From Phoronis australis (lineage: Eukaryota > Animalia > Phoronida): a stretch of DNA of 64,000 nt. This document shows positions 1 through 12,405 of the stretch, piece after piece. The notes beneath the pieces were generated by a model. The model was not told where the DNA came from and made no database searches. It saw nothing but the letters and a program-made list of their open reading frames with translations. Each line of letters starts with the position of its first letter. Position 1 is the stretch's first letter. Where the stretch lies: positions 246,838 to 310,837 of the forward strand of contig NMRA01000042.1 in assembly GCA_002633005.1 (NCBI GenBank), read 5' to 3'. Made by a program: the position numbers and the translations under genes.

Positions 1-985
1 ATTTGTCAAGTGTATTTCCACAAAGATAGCAATGGATGACGACTTTCAAACCTATCTGACTACCCTAGGGCCTATTCTAGTTTTTTATATTTTTCTCTGT
101 ATCTTCATAGTTCTTAAACAGATTTTCACGAAATTTGCCAAATAAGAATCATTATGAAAATTGGCATATGTGTTTTTTCTGGTAAGTGCATTCCGGACAA
201 TTTTTGGACAGGTTCGACTGTTCTGGCAATATTTTGTGACAATTTTTATTTTCACATGTGGCTCAATATCTGCCACGTTCCTTGATGTCTCTTCATGACA
301 TATGTATGTGTTTTTATTGAGAATTGTGCAACTTATGCTGGTTTTGTGACATCCGACTACTGCGTAGACCCCTTAATAAGTGGCAATTTTTGTGTTGCAT
401 TCGTGTTGATGGCTATCAATTGGTGGTGAGTGTTCTTACTGAGACGATGTCTGGCAATGATTTTCAGACTACTCTGAATTTTTTTTTGAATCCATGGCTT
501 TATCTTTTAAACCAATCTGTAGGATCTTTGTTAAATTTGTCTAGTGTTTGAGTTGGAAGTTGGCAATTTTAATTTTTCTCATTCTCCTCTCTATCTTTGG
601 AGATCCTTGACGTATTTTTATGAAATTTGGAAAATAGGTTTGTGTTAAATGAGGCATTGACATCTTCTTGCTTTCAGATGGGCCGTTTTTATTATTTTCG
701 AGTGTTTTCAATATCCACCTTTTTATCAGCCAAACCACTCTAAGAATTGCTATGAATATTCATTTGTTCATTGGAAAGAACATGGCAGACAATGATTTTT
801 GGACAATTTTGACTATTGTGGCACCCCCTATTGGCAGTTACACTTTTTCACATTCACAGCTACTTTTCCTAAGCCTCTGCAGGATCTTCATGAATTGTGG
901 CAAGTGTATTTTTTGAATGTGACTATGGATGACGACTTTTGGATGGATCTGACTATCGCTGTGCCTCTTACTGTCATTCTTAATT
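1..985 (+). mobile_element. Degraded copy of the HINE/Helentron-like repeat family (internal array)
   Basis: Diverged matches to the internal unit of the 36829 and 50581 elements, e.g. gactattgtggcacccccTATTGGcag and ggatgacgacttttggatggatctgacta. Confidence 0.7.
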
Positions 986-1457
986 GATATTTGCTTACGA
1001 TCTTGGCAGGTGTGTGCCTATTAAGTAGAGCATTGCTGACATGCTGTGTAACCACCAGAGGCTATTTCTAAGTTTACTAGCACTGCTCCCTTTAGTGTTT
1101 AAAAGAGTAATCATATAGGCGTCACATTGCTCTTGTTATTGTCTTTGTTAAGTTCTTGTTGCCTTCCTGCCCATCTTCCAAACTGCGTGAAAATCATAAT
1201 GAAGAGAGGCAGATGCGTTCCTATTGAGCAGAGCATTGTGCAATTGCTTTGCAACCCCCAGGGGGAATGTTTGAAATATTGGAAGTAATCATCTCTTGTA
1301 GCTGCGCTATTTGTGATGCATACGCTAGGCACATATTAACGCTGCGGTGCTCTTGTTTTAGTCATCAGTTAATGCTTGCTCAGTTCTAAGTTTCATTAAT
1401 GTTCTTACATGCTTCCAAATTTAAATCTATACCACAATGCTTTTCTTACTGTTGTAG

Positions 1458-2280
1458 ATGGTGGTAGAATTTTGACAAAGCCAAAAATGTCTCTCACGTT
1501 TACTGCAACGGAAAATGCGCAGTTTGGTGTGCAGTTGTTTGACATTGCTGGAAATGTGATTCCTTCTAACCAGCTCAAAGCACTTCCCACATTTTCACTC
1601 CTGGATGGCTGCAGTGAGGATCAGGACAAGGTGAAAGTTACCATTCATAATTCTGGTTTGGGAATCCTTCTGGTTAGTACATCATTGCTGACAAAGGCAG
1701 GAACGCATTACTTGAAAATAAATCACCATCACACTTCACAGAATGTGATCGTAGTTGCTGGACCATTGTGTCCTGTGAAATGCCATGTTCATGGCAGGGG
1801 GACATCTGTTGCTACCAGCAATTTCCAGACTACATTCCGTCTGTCGCTCTGTGATGCATTTAAGAATGTTTTGGAAGTGAAGAAGTCTCACCTGAAGATG
1901 ATAAGAGCTGATATCAGTGGGTCTCCCTGCACTGTCCGCCTACCTGCTGATGGCTCAAAGTGTTTCAACATATCATACAGACTTAACATCGTTGGAAAAG
2001 TTCAACTTGAGGTTCAAGTTGATGGTATCCCTATTGAAGGCAGTCCTTTCACTATTGATATTCAACAGACCAGTCAGTTTGAAGAGCGACTGAAAAACTT
2101 CAGGGCTCAACTTCAGCAGCAGAGAACGCCGTATGAGACAATATGGCTTCGGTTGAGTCGGAAACATGTATTTGACCAGTCATTCCATGAATTTGAGAAT
2201 CTTGGAAGGAATGACCTAACTAGTCGTCTTGAAATTCATTTCCAAGGTGAAGATGGAATTGACTGTGGTGGCTTAACAAG
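1458..2280 (+). CDS. HECT ligase exon (filamin-like repeats + HECT N-terminus)
   Basis: ttgtAG acceptor ending 1457, AAG|GTATGG donor at 2281; lies within ORF 1409..2290. Confidence 0.9.
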
Positions 2281-5200
2281 GTATGGATGAATTGATTTTG
2301 GTTTAAGAAATCAAATTTGTACGTAAACAGTTGTATATGGCTGTACCCTTACAGTATCCGTTTAAGCACAGGCACCTTCAATCAGCCCTCAATGATATAC
2401 TATAATAAAGAGAAAGGTATATAATTTGCTATCCAATATGACCACTAGCCTGGCACTTCCGTAATAACTCCAGCAAGCATTTAAAATCTGGGAGTAATTT
2501 AAGTCACACATTTTATCTGCGACTTCATCAGGTTCACTAGTTACATTTGTTGGCATTGCCGTATGGACGTACAGATTACAGATTCCTTTATTCTAGATGG
2601 CTGTCCTTGCCAAATATAATTTTGATTATTCTCTTTATTTATGTTATCCTATTTTTGTAACTTCAATATTGAACAAACTTAAATCAACCTAAACAAACCA
2701 TATGTCTGAGTCTTCCCTGTGATCCTCAAATGTCTACGTAGTTTCCCAATCATTTAAGATATCTTTTAGTTTCTGAATTTTATTACTATAATTTGGTAGG
2801 TCAGGATCTGTTGTTGTGGGAGAAACTCAATATAATATTTTGAATGCATAAAATACAATAACAAAAGAGATCTAGTCAGCTTGGTATTAACATCTGCTGT
2901 AGTAGGAGAGAGAGTATTGATGGTAAACCACTGTTAACAATTTGTTGGGCATTTTATGTGTACATCTCATTCAATGATTACTTTCAGGGAATGGTATCAG
3001 CTGCTGTCACAGGAGATCTTTAACCCAGACTATGCCATGTTTGTTCGTACAGAGGATGGAACTTATGCTCCAAACAAAAACTCTGACGTGCATGAGGACT
3101 ATCTGCGAATGTTTGCGTTTGTGGGCAAAGTGTTCGCCAAAGCTGTGTTTGATGGTAAATTTTCTTATATCCACAATAATTACGGTTTGATGACTTGAGA
3201 TAGATTTCAATGTTTGACTGGCAATGATTTCCATTGCATTATAGAATATGTCTTGTCGCTATAGTAATTAATTGAACTCTCGTTTTCCATGAACTATATA
3301 ATAAATATTCTTTAAGGTGAGAGCCTCGATGTCCACTTCACTCCGTCTATGTACAAGAATCTACTGGACATCCCAATGGATTCAGAGGACTTAAAAGCAG
3401 TGGAGCCCACTATACATTGGTATGCACTTTAAAGGAGTCTTTGAAATTAAGAACCAGCACACAGTTTCTGTTGAATGTTTCACAATTTTAATTTGGTGTC
3501 AAGTGAATACATTTGGCAGACACCTTCACGGAATGTCAGAAGACCATGTCTCAACATGTGTGGTTCTTGTTAACCAATCTGTCAACGATTAATTTTCAAA
3601 GAAGTTTGCAATGTTCTGTTGTAAAGTTCACTGTTGCTACAAAATTTGCCTGTATTGTTACAGTATTAAAAGAAACCTCCTCTGATCCACAAATGTGTCC
3701 TTTTCAAAAATAATTGCAGTCCCAAATTAAAGAATTCAGCAACTGCTGATGAGTGATGCCAAGAACTACAGTTGTCTAGCTATAGTATTACGTCTCCTAC
3801 CAGTTTCATCGTATTTCTGTGATTCAAGTCAATTATATGTCTACTCAAAATAGGAACATGTTGACAGTTTTGTGTTGTTCAGTAATGTGACATTTTGTCT
3901 GAACATTCTTATTTTTATTTTTTTTCGCTTTCAAAAGGATTTTTACATCAGCCTGCTAACGTCACAATGCAGATGAGACAAGATATTAACGAATAATACA
4001 GATAACATTGGGCATTCTGATTTGACTTTGCAGGAATTTACAGCAGTTAAGTGAATATGAAACTGCTGAAGAAGTTGAGAGTTTGTGCTTGAACTTTGCT
4101 GTAAATGATGAAAAGTTTGGTGAAATGCGAGAAGTGCCATTAAAGAAAGGTGGTGCCGAGATTGACGTAACTTTAGACAACCGTGATGACTATGTGCAGC
4201 TCTATACAAAGTATCTGCTGACAGGTACACTATATTGGTCTGTCTTGATTGTATCTGCTGACAGGTACATTATATTGGTCTGTCATGATTGTATCTGCTG
4301 ACAGGTACACTATATTGGTCTGTCATGATTGCATCTGCTGACAGGTACACTATATTGGTCTGTCTTGATTGTATCTGCTGACAGGTACACTATATTGGTC
4401 TGTCATGATTGTATCTGCTGACAGGTACACTATATTGGTCTGTCATGATTGTATCTACTGACAGGTACACTGTATTGGTATGTCATGATTGCATCTGCTG
4501 ACAGGTACACTGTATTGGTCTGTCATGATTGCATCTGCTGACAGGTACACTGTATTGGTGTGTCATGTTTGTATCTGCTGACAGGTACACTATATTGGTC
4601 TGTCTTGATTGTATCTGCTGTCAGGTTCACTATATTGGTCTGTTTTGATTGTATCTGCTGACAGGTACACTGTATTGCATTAATTATTGTCTATCTCAAC
4701 ATTTTGAAATGTGTTATACTTCTGTGTGTAGCACTGACAATTTTACAATAAAAACTGGTTAATGTATATTTTGTGACATATTCCTCTGTCCCAGTCCCAA
4801 CTATTAGAGATATGCATCAATTTGAAGGGGTTTGAATGCATGATTGTGATGATGAAATGTTAGAAGTCCTGGTTTTATAGCTCCTTATTTGGTGGATTAA
4901 CAGAAAAACAAAATTCCTAATAGATTTTTTCTTGAGCAGTGCTTACAGCAAAGTATCTGGATGTTTCATATGAATCCAATAAGCCTTTTCTGAGGTATCT
5001 TGTTCTGAAGTTAACCAGCTTTGGACATTATTCTAAGGTTCGATATAACCTTTTAAGTAATGGCTGACCTTCCAACCAATTCAGCGTCGCTATCTTCACT
5101 ATTCACTTCAGATTGCCTTGAGAAGCAAATCAAGGAGTTCAAGAAAGGGTTCACGACCTTGATCCCCATGAGCAGTTTAAAAGATTTCACTGAGAAGGAA

Positions 5201-8200
5201 CTTGAGTTGATCATCTGTGGACCTGACGAAATTGACGTTGACATATTAAAGAAACATGCACAGTACGTGCATTTCAAGCAGGACAGCAACGAAACAAAAT
5301 GGCTGTGGGAAGTTTTACAGGAATCTAATCAGGTAGTTGGTGGTTGCATAATCCTTTATTTTTGTGTTTTCAAGACATTTTTGGTGACTGTTTCCGTAAT
5401 ATTTGAGGTGAATTATAAACTTTGAGTGTCATCAGATTGAATTCCATTCGATATATCAATTATTTTTTTAATATTAATTTGCTTATTTTAAGGTCATTTT
5501 TATTGATACCTCGAAATAATGTGAATGGAAAGTTAGCCTTTTGTGTTCATGTGTATTTCATATTAGCGCATCATACTTCCACCATGCTGGGAAAGTCACA
5601 TTTCATGACAAGACTTATAGTACACAAATGCTTAATTAATGACAATCGGTGAAGTCAGATTGTTTTAACGCACTACCAACTAATATTAATGTTAATGCAA
5701 GCATATAACAACAACCCTTCTCTGAAGGATAACATTCTGATACATGTCTTATTCACAGAGTGATTATTACCTTTGGCATGTATTCAATTGACTGTACTAA
5801 TAGAAAAGCAGTAAAAATGTACAAAAACACCCAGTGACAGTTTAAGGCTTGTTAATATAGAAGAGTTTGCACAGATCGACTGCACTTGTAAGTGAAGCTT
5901 AATGCTTACGCCTATATGATACACTTATAATAAGCAAGAGCAAACGTGTTATTTCAACTACAGGCACGTGGAAAGAACAAAGGCATATATAGTAAAGAAG
6001 TCCTCAAAAGATCTACACAATGAGGCTACATAAAGAACGTTGTGTGTTTATGATCATGTGACGCAGGCAGTGGTGGTGTCGCCAAGCCAATTTGTTACCA
6101 AAAACCAGCTTGCATAATGCTTGTGTAGCTTTTGAAAACAAAAACAACTTCAAGATCTTCACTAAAAATACAAAACAAGCTTCTTTTTTTCTTTAAAGAA
6201 TGAGGCACAGGTTTCAGAATGAGTCGGCACAAACCAGAATCAGAATCAGAAATGCTTATTGTATGTAGGCCTTGGCCTCATAATGTAGTTTAGAATACCA
6301 CTTTACAATGATAAGAGTTCAGCTCTTAGCACTGCAGCTCTTGAAATATATATTGCCATGCTTTTTAGTTCACAAAGATCATGGCTTTGAAATAATCTAA
6401 CTACTCTGGCATCATCTGTCGTTTTTGTCAGCAAATTTTGGAGCACATCACTAAGGACAGGGCAGTGAACCAACTAATAATAATAATATGCTATTTTCTC
6501 TGATATTACTATGGTTTGATAAAATCTTTTTCATTACTCCTTTTCGATTGTCCTCAGGCCATTGCGAGTTTGCTTAAGTTACATAATATGTATTTGGATA
6601 TGGCTTTTTGCGCTTGTGGCATTTTATTGATTAGTGTCAACTGTGTGTAGAGAGGGCATTCCCTGCAACTCTTAATTCTAGTCATTGTTGGGGAACAATT
6701 CTGTTCAGTGCTTCATGAATGCCTGCCTTGAATCACAATGTCAGACTGTCTGTTATTAGCAAATTTAGTATCCATCAATTTGATTCTTTTCAGGACCTGC
6801 GTGCCTCCTTTCTGCAGTTTACTACAGGCATGAGGAGGATGCCTGTGTACCGCAGAAACTGGAATATCAAAATCGTAAAGTCGGACAGTCAAAATGGTGA
6901 GTAACAAGATCAGAAGTGTAGTGCCTGGAGATAGGAGCGACACCCCCCCTCTGACTACTGTAAATTGGTCTGACAAAAGTGAAGGGTAAAAAATACAAAG
7001 AATTAAGATTGAGAGTGTCTATTTTTTGTACTTCTGAATTTTATTCCTCCCAGAAATCCCTGAAGTAGTAGCGCGAGAAATGGACATACGCAATGCAAGC
7101 CATGTCGCAGACTTAGCTTTCTCAAAGGAAGGCGTGTTTTTCCCTCATGAAGTTAGCATCACACAATTCAAATGCGATCAAGAAGCTGCAGTCTTGCATG
7201 ATTCTATGTTACTCAGCTCATTCAAATAATAAGACACTGTGTCATATACGGCAAACAGTATTTGCTTTCGGACTGAGTTCACTAATTGTGTCTTAACTGA
7301 TCACTAAACTAACCTTTACCTCAAGCTTTGATTGACAAGGTGGTTTTATCAAAGTTTACAATAGTCTTTGGACTACTCTTGGTTATATCTACATGCCTTG
7401 GATATTATGATGTTTTGTTGCAAATGTACATAACTCTTGCATTTAGCCACTTATAGCACGTTGACCTAATTGATGATGTTCCTTTCACATAGTTCTTTAT
7501 GAAGTTGCTGTACTTACAGTTATTTCATAGGCATTCACAGCTGGGTGTGCTGGCATAACTCAAAGCTGGGGAAAGAGTATACTGATGTTGCCTACTCATA
7601 GCTAAAATGCTATCTCTAGTTATGTTCCTATTGATTGTGATACTTTTGTATCATATGATACGTAATTAAGTGATCAAAAATTATAGCAAAACAATGGTTG
7701 TAATCTGTGAGGTCTGTAACAATTTATGTCTCACATAAGTAAATCACCAGCAATTATTACAAAAGAATGGTTGAAATCTTTGAGGTCTGAAATGATATGT
7801 GTCGGACATTTATCTAACAAATTTTGCACAACCGCTGAAAATGAGGATGCTGTAGTTGTAATTTGATGCCATGATTAAATCAAGCAAATAAAATGTAAAT
7901 CTCAGTGTTTTATCTCTTGATCCATATCACACATTCATTAATAAGTCATGGCACTGAACATTTGACCAACAAAAATTATATTGCCACCTAGTGTTGCATT
8001 TTACTTCAACAGGACTCCGCCATATTTTTAAATGCATGACAAAACAGCTACTATGAAATTATACGTCCTTCCTCAAGCGGCAGCGCCACTTGGTCCCACT
8101 ACTGTGACCCTTGGTTGCAGTGAGCTGTAAATGGCTTAACGATAACCCTCTGGTCATGCATTTAGTCTTTTTTTACATCTAGCTAAGTCAACTGGGTTGA

Positions 8201-8491
8201 GGGAAGTAACTAAATGTTATCAGATCCTTGCTTGAGCCTGCTAATTCCATTCTGTTATGTTTTGTCAGTACATGATGATAGCATTGATTCTTAAATGATT
8301 ACTGACAGGACTCACTGCTTTGATATATACCATATACTTATTTGTGGTTCTTATTTGCAGACTCCCACCTCCCCATCAGTCACACTTGCTTCAATGAGTT
8401 TGTCATGCCAGCGTACTCCACTAAGGAAATCCTGCAGATAAGGTTGAAGACTGCTCTGGAATATGGCCGTGTTGGATTTAGCTTTGCATGA
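1458..8491 (+). CDS. Filamin/Ig-repeat + HECT-domain E3 ubiquitin-protein ligase, 5'-partial; join(1458..2280,2988..3154,3317..3419,4034..4224,5112..5332,6794..6896,8361..8491)
   Basis: All introns GT-AG with consistent phases. Filamin-type repeat (CHVHGRG...GKVQLEVQVDGIPIEGSPFTIDI) is followed by HECT motifs [36 protein letters not shown] and catalytic LPISHTCFN, ending GFSFA* (TGA 8489-8491). The first visible exon starts in phase 1, so further exons lie upstream. Confidence 0.93.
2988..3154 (+). CDS. HECT ligase exon ([19 protein letters not shown]...KAVFDG)
   Basis: tttcAG acceptor, G|GTAAAT donor, HECT N-lobe motif. Confidence 0.92.
3317..3419 (+). CDS. HECT ligase exon (ESLDVHFTPSMYKNLL...VEPTIH)
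   Basis: tttaAG acceptor, TG|GTATGC donor; phase-consistent; HECT FT-S-YK-LL motif. Confidence 0.9.
4034..4224 (+). CDS. HECT ligase exon (NLQQL...LKKGGAEIDVTLDNRDDYVQLY)
   Basis: ttgcAG acceptor, CAG|GTACAC donor; HECT L-GG-I-VT-N-YV motif. Confidence 0.92.
4211..4677 (+). repeat. 40-bp minisatellite (~12 copies) starting in a HECT exon end
   Basis: Unit GTATCTGCTGACAGGTACACTATATTGGTCTGTCATGATT. Confidence 0.95.
5112..5332 (+). CDS. HECT ligase exon (KQIKEFKKGF...KWLWEVL)
   Basis: ttcAG acceptor, CAG|GTAGTT donor. Confidence 0.92.
6794..6896 (+). CDS. HECT ligase exon (DLRASFLQFTTG...)
   Basis: tttcAG acceptor, G|GTGAGT donor. Confidence 0.9.
8361..8491 (+). CDS. HECT ligase last coding exon (catalytic Cys, SHTCFN)
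   Basis: ttgcAG acceptor; HLPISHTCFNEFVMPAYSTKEILQIRLKTALEYGRVGFSFA*. Confidence 0.93.
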
Positions 8492-8624
8492 AATGTTGTG
8501 AACCACAATGCAATTGTGACCATGCTATGAAGAGCTTACCATGGTCAGGGGACCAATGTTCAAACACAAGCACAAATTTTTGAGTTAACCAGGACTGCAG
8601 TCTCTGGTGAAAATACTGCATACA

Positions 8625-9012
8625 CTACTAGTTAACTTGATTTTGTGTTTTGTATATTGAAGTATATACTACTGGTTGATTGGATGTTTGTGTTTTGTTT
8701 ATTGAAGTACTGTATATACTACTGATTGACTGGGTGTTTGCGTTTTGCGTATTGAAGTACTGTATAATACTACTGGTTGACTGGATGTTTGTTTTGTGTA
8801 TTGAAGTACTGTTTGTGCTATTGGTTGACTGGATGTTTGTGTTTTATATTGAAATACTTCATATACTACAGGTTGACTAGATGTATTTTGTTTATTGAAG
8901 TAATGTATATTAATTGACTGGATGTTTGTGTTTTGTGTATTGAATTACTGTATATACTATTGGTTGACTGGATGTTTGTGTTTTTGAAATACTGTATACT
9001 CTAATGGTTGAT
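8625..9012 (+). repeat. ~45-bp degenerate minisatellite in the HECT gene 3' UTR region
   Basis: Unit approx TACTGGTTGACTGGATGTTTGTGTTTTGTATTGAAGTACTGTATATAC, about 8 copies. Confidence 0.85.
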
Positions 9013-11870
9013 TTAATACATTTCTGGGTAAACAAGACACTTAATGAGTCTCCTTCAGTGGAGACAAATGGGACATTGTATCTAATTTTGAAGTCCTGTT
9101 TTCTATATAGGCTTTGTGTCGTATTCACTAAATTTAGAGACATACCATAAATTGATTGTACGTAATACTGAGTGACAATGCTTGTATTTCAACTCATGTC
9201 AGTTGCTTTTTTGCAGTCCCACTGGAGTTTTTTGCTTCAAGTATGTGGTGTACTGACTTCGCTAGAGTTTAGACTAGTGTTTGCGATGTATTAAACCAAA
9301 TACTGTCTATGATCTTAGTTGACTAAATTTTTGTGCTTAAGATTGTTGATCATTTTCTATAATCTTGCGAAGGCTTTTTGCTTGTGGCATATTTGAATTT
9401 ACCTGGACTGGATCTGTGTCTTTGGTAATTAAGGAAATGAATTTAACTAAGCATAATTCTGAGCGTAATGCTTGAATGTTTGTTTTTGTTCCAACTAGTA
9501 GATATTTATAATGCTACTAGTTCCTTTTCCTGAAGATCTTGATGAGTTTGTTGAAATTGCTTGTAGTCACTTGGGAGTGAGTGAAAAACAGTGTACTGTA
9601 TTCGTCTGCATAGACACCCATGATGTCTAAATTGGAAAAACTAGAAATCAGAGGGCAAGACATTGGGCTGGGCATGGGTCCTTTTCTGAAAGGCATGGGC
9701 GGGTGTTCTTTGGGACATTTGGTTCAGGTTACTGACCAAGGAATGCATTCCACAGTCTGTTTGTTTGTCACTGATACATGTAGCGTTAGAAATGAAACCT
9801 CTCTGTAGAAAGGCGTTCAAAAGAGCATGCCTCAATACCTCGGAGACACTACTAAAAACTACCAGTTTGTTTGGTTTGGCAAGGAGTCATCCTATTTTGC
9901 CACACAAATAAATTTATGAAGTTTGTACATTTAGCTATCAAGAGATGAGTGTCAAGCTGTGTAACGTGACACAAAACTTGAATAGTTGTTGCTTTTGTAC
10001 TTTGGATCCATTGTCATGTGTGCTGATCAAGTGATTTGATTTGTAAAGACTGGTTATACCATAGACTATGGTTGTACCTAAATGTATTGTGGTTTTCACA
10101 TTACCTTCTCAGTGCTTTTCCCATGCAGGTTTTTTACGTAGCCAGCACTCATTCGTGTAATTTACTTGCCATGATCAGGGAACAGTCCTGTAAATTTTTG
10201 TAATTATATATGTTAAATATTTTGTTAAATTTTACATTTTTTATACCATATTCTTGTGATAGGGGAACCTTAATATTTTGTCCATGCTTTTGTTTGGAAT
10301 TGGTTTGTAGAATATTTTTGTAATCTTATTTTGTTTGAATTTTGGTTCTTTTTAATGTTCTATTTAATGCCATTCACCAAAGGCTATTGTATGTTTTTTC
10401 ACACTGCTGTGACATGCGATTCATAGTTATTGATTTTCGGTTGTGCTGTTATTTGTTTCACAAAGTTTTGCAATTATTATGATACCTATCTCGTTTCTGT
10501 TATTTTGAGGTGGTGCATGAACATCTTTGTATATTTGTATACGCAGTTATGTAGTTACTAGGTATTTACATCTGAAGTTCTTTGTTGCCATGTACGTCCA
10601 ATCTTGAAACTGAACAGTGCTCTATATACATGTAAGTGCATAGCTAAATGTATTCCGACAGTGAAGTGTTGCCAATCAGTGCTGAAATGTTTTTGTGATA
10701 TCTAAACATGGACTATTGTAGATAAGAATGTTGAGTTTAAACTACACTTTGTAAACAGTCAGCTATGTGTGCAAGAGGTAGTACATTCGTAGTTTCTGTG
10801 ATAATGTAAAATAATTGGAAATCAGCATACAGCTGTCCTTTACATCTTTCTCTGAAAACAACGCCTGGTTGTTGAACACGGGAAGTGTCACTGATAGTCA
10901 GGAATCAATTGCATCAAAAATGTCAACATAGTGTGTTCTGGCTTTAGACCGCATTATATCTTGGTGAATATATGCTCAGAGTGGGGTGAATTGCGAGTTG
11001 TTTGTGGTGTGGTGCTTTCCAGGGCAATTCCGCAGTATTTGTCGCCGTTAAAAGAAAAAATATTAAGTATCAGTTCAATTTGCTGGTCTGGTCGAATGTC
11101 TACTATTTTTGTCTCCTTATGGTGGAGTTTAGTGGAAATGAATTCTGTAATATTTTTGTGCATAACGGAGAGGACATATTCTGTGGAGTCACCTTCCATG
11201 TTTAATGATGCATTTTAAATGGAAAGGTATTATTACAGGTGTGTAAGATTTCAAAGCGTGTTGTCATAGTGATGACTATATGTTGATGCCATGTGTTTCA
11301 AATTAAAAGGTTGTACTCGCTTATTGTTTATGAAGACTGTTTCTCTGTAAAGGCTATGTTGGTCCGACAAATGACAAAACTACTTAGTCAAGCTGGGATT
11401 GGTGTCTTTGGAGTCACTTAATGTATGCAAAATACATCAGTGTACATAGTCACTTATGTATGCACAATGCATCAGCGTACATAGAGTCACTTATGTGTGC
11501 ACCGATAAACAATTGTTATCTCTGCGACTGCAATTTTGGAAAGTGAACACGGACATTGCAATCAAGCTTTTCAAAAGCATGCCTGGTAGGGGTTGATATA
11601 GAAGTATTGCAGACAGGATTTGATTCAAACTAAAATGTTTACATCTAAAAGTTGGACTTCCACCACATCATACGCTGATATATTTGAATGGACAATCTTC
11701 AGGTTTTAACACAAACAACTACCAAATTGTACTTATATGACTGTTGCAGTGACATTTAGTGATTTTCCCATAATGCTAGACAAAACAATAGTAAAATTAG
11801 GGTTTTTAAAAACATTTACCATTTAATCGCTACATCTTAGAAATAATTTCCATCTGAACCTATATCGTGT

Positions 11871-11876
11871 TTTATT
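11871..11876 (-). terminator. Candidate polyadenylation signal (AATAAA) of DPF gene
   Basis: TTTATT on + strand about 460 nt downstream of the DPF stop codon. Confidence 0.45.
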
Positions 11877-12334
11877 CAACACACAGTGTTGATGTAGCCC
11901 AGTGTTGTGTACTGGGGGTACACTTCAGTGACTTGAGATACAGGAACTATAACAATCATTATCAAACATGTCTTTGCTTGCATGGCAACTAATATACATT
12001 CCACTGAATTTAGTCCAAAACTATGCTTCGACTTGTGCCAGATGGTCATTCACTCAGTAGTATCACGTGATCCTGGAATAATGAGCTGTTTTTTTCTTTA
12101 CATTAGCAAAAGAAGTGGACATCAACAACAACATCCAGAAGCAAATAAGCCCTCGCATTGGCTTGTCTGTAATCTTCAAAATACTACCCACAATTCCTAA
12201 TGAGGATGATTCACAATGTCGAGCTGTCATATCCTTGCATCCCACGCCTCAAACAACTGGGTTTGAGATTTGTTCCCATGCCTGCTACCCTACTCCTTTC
12301 AGTTAATCCAACCAGTTGCGCAACACTAAACTGG

Positions 12335-12405
12335 TCATTTCTCCATGTACTCTGGTTTCTTTCCATTGTGGAATTCTTTAATACACAGATTGCAGCTCCA
12401 ATTTC
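12335..12405 (-). CDS. DPF2: DPF last coding exon
   Basis: tttcAG acceptor; [23 protein letters not shown]. Confidence 0.92.

Noticed and set aside
4211-4677. Possible CRISPR array
   Set aside because: Head-to-tail near-identical units with no spacers, eukaryotic intron context, no cas genes.
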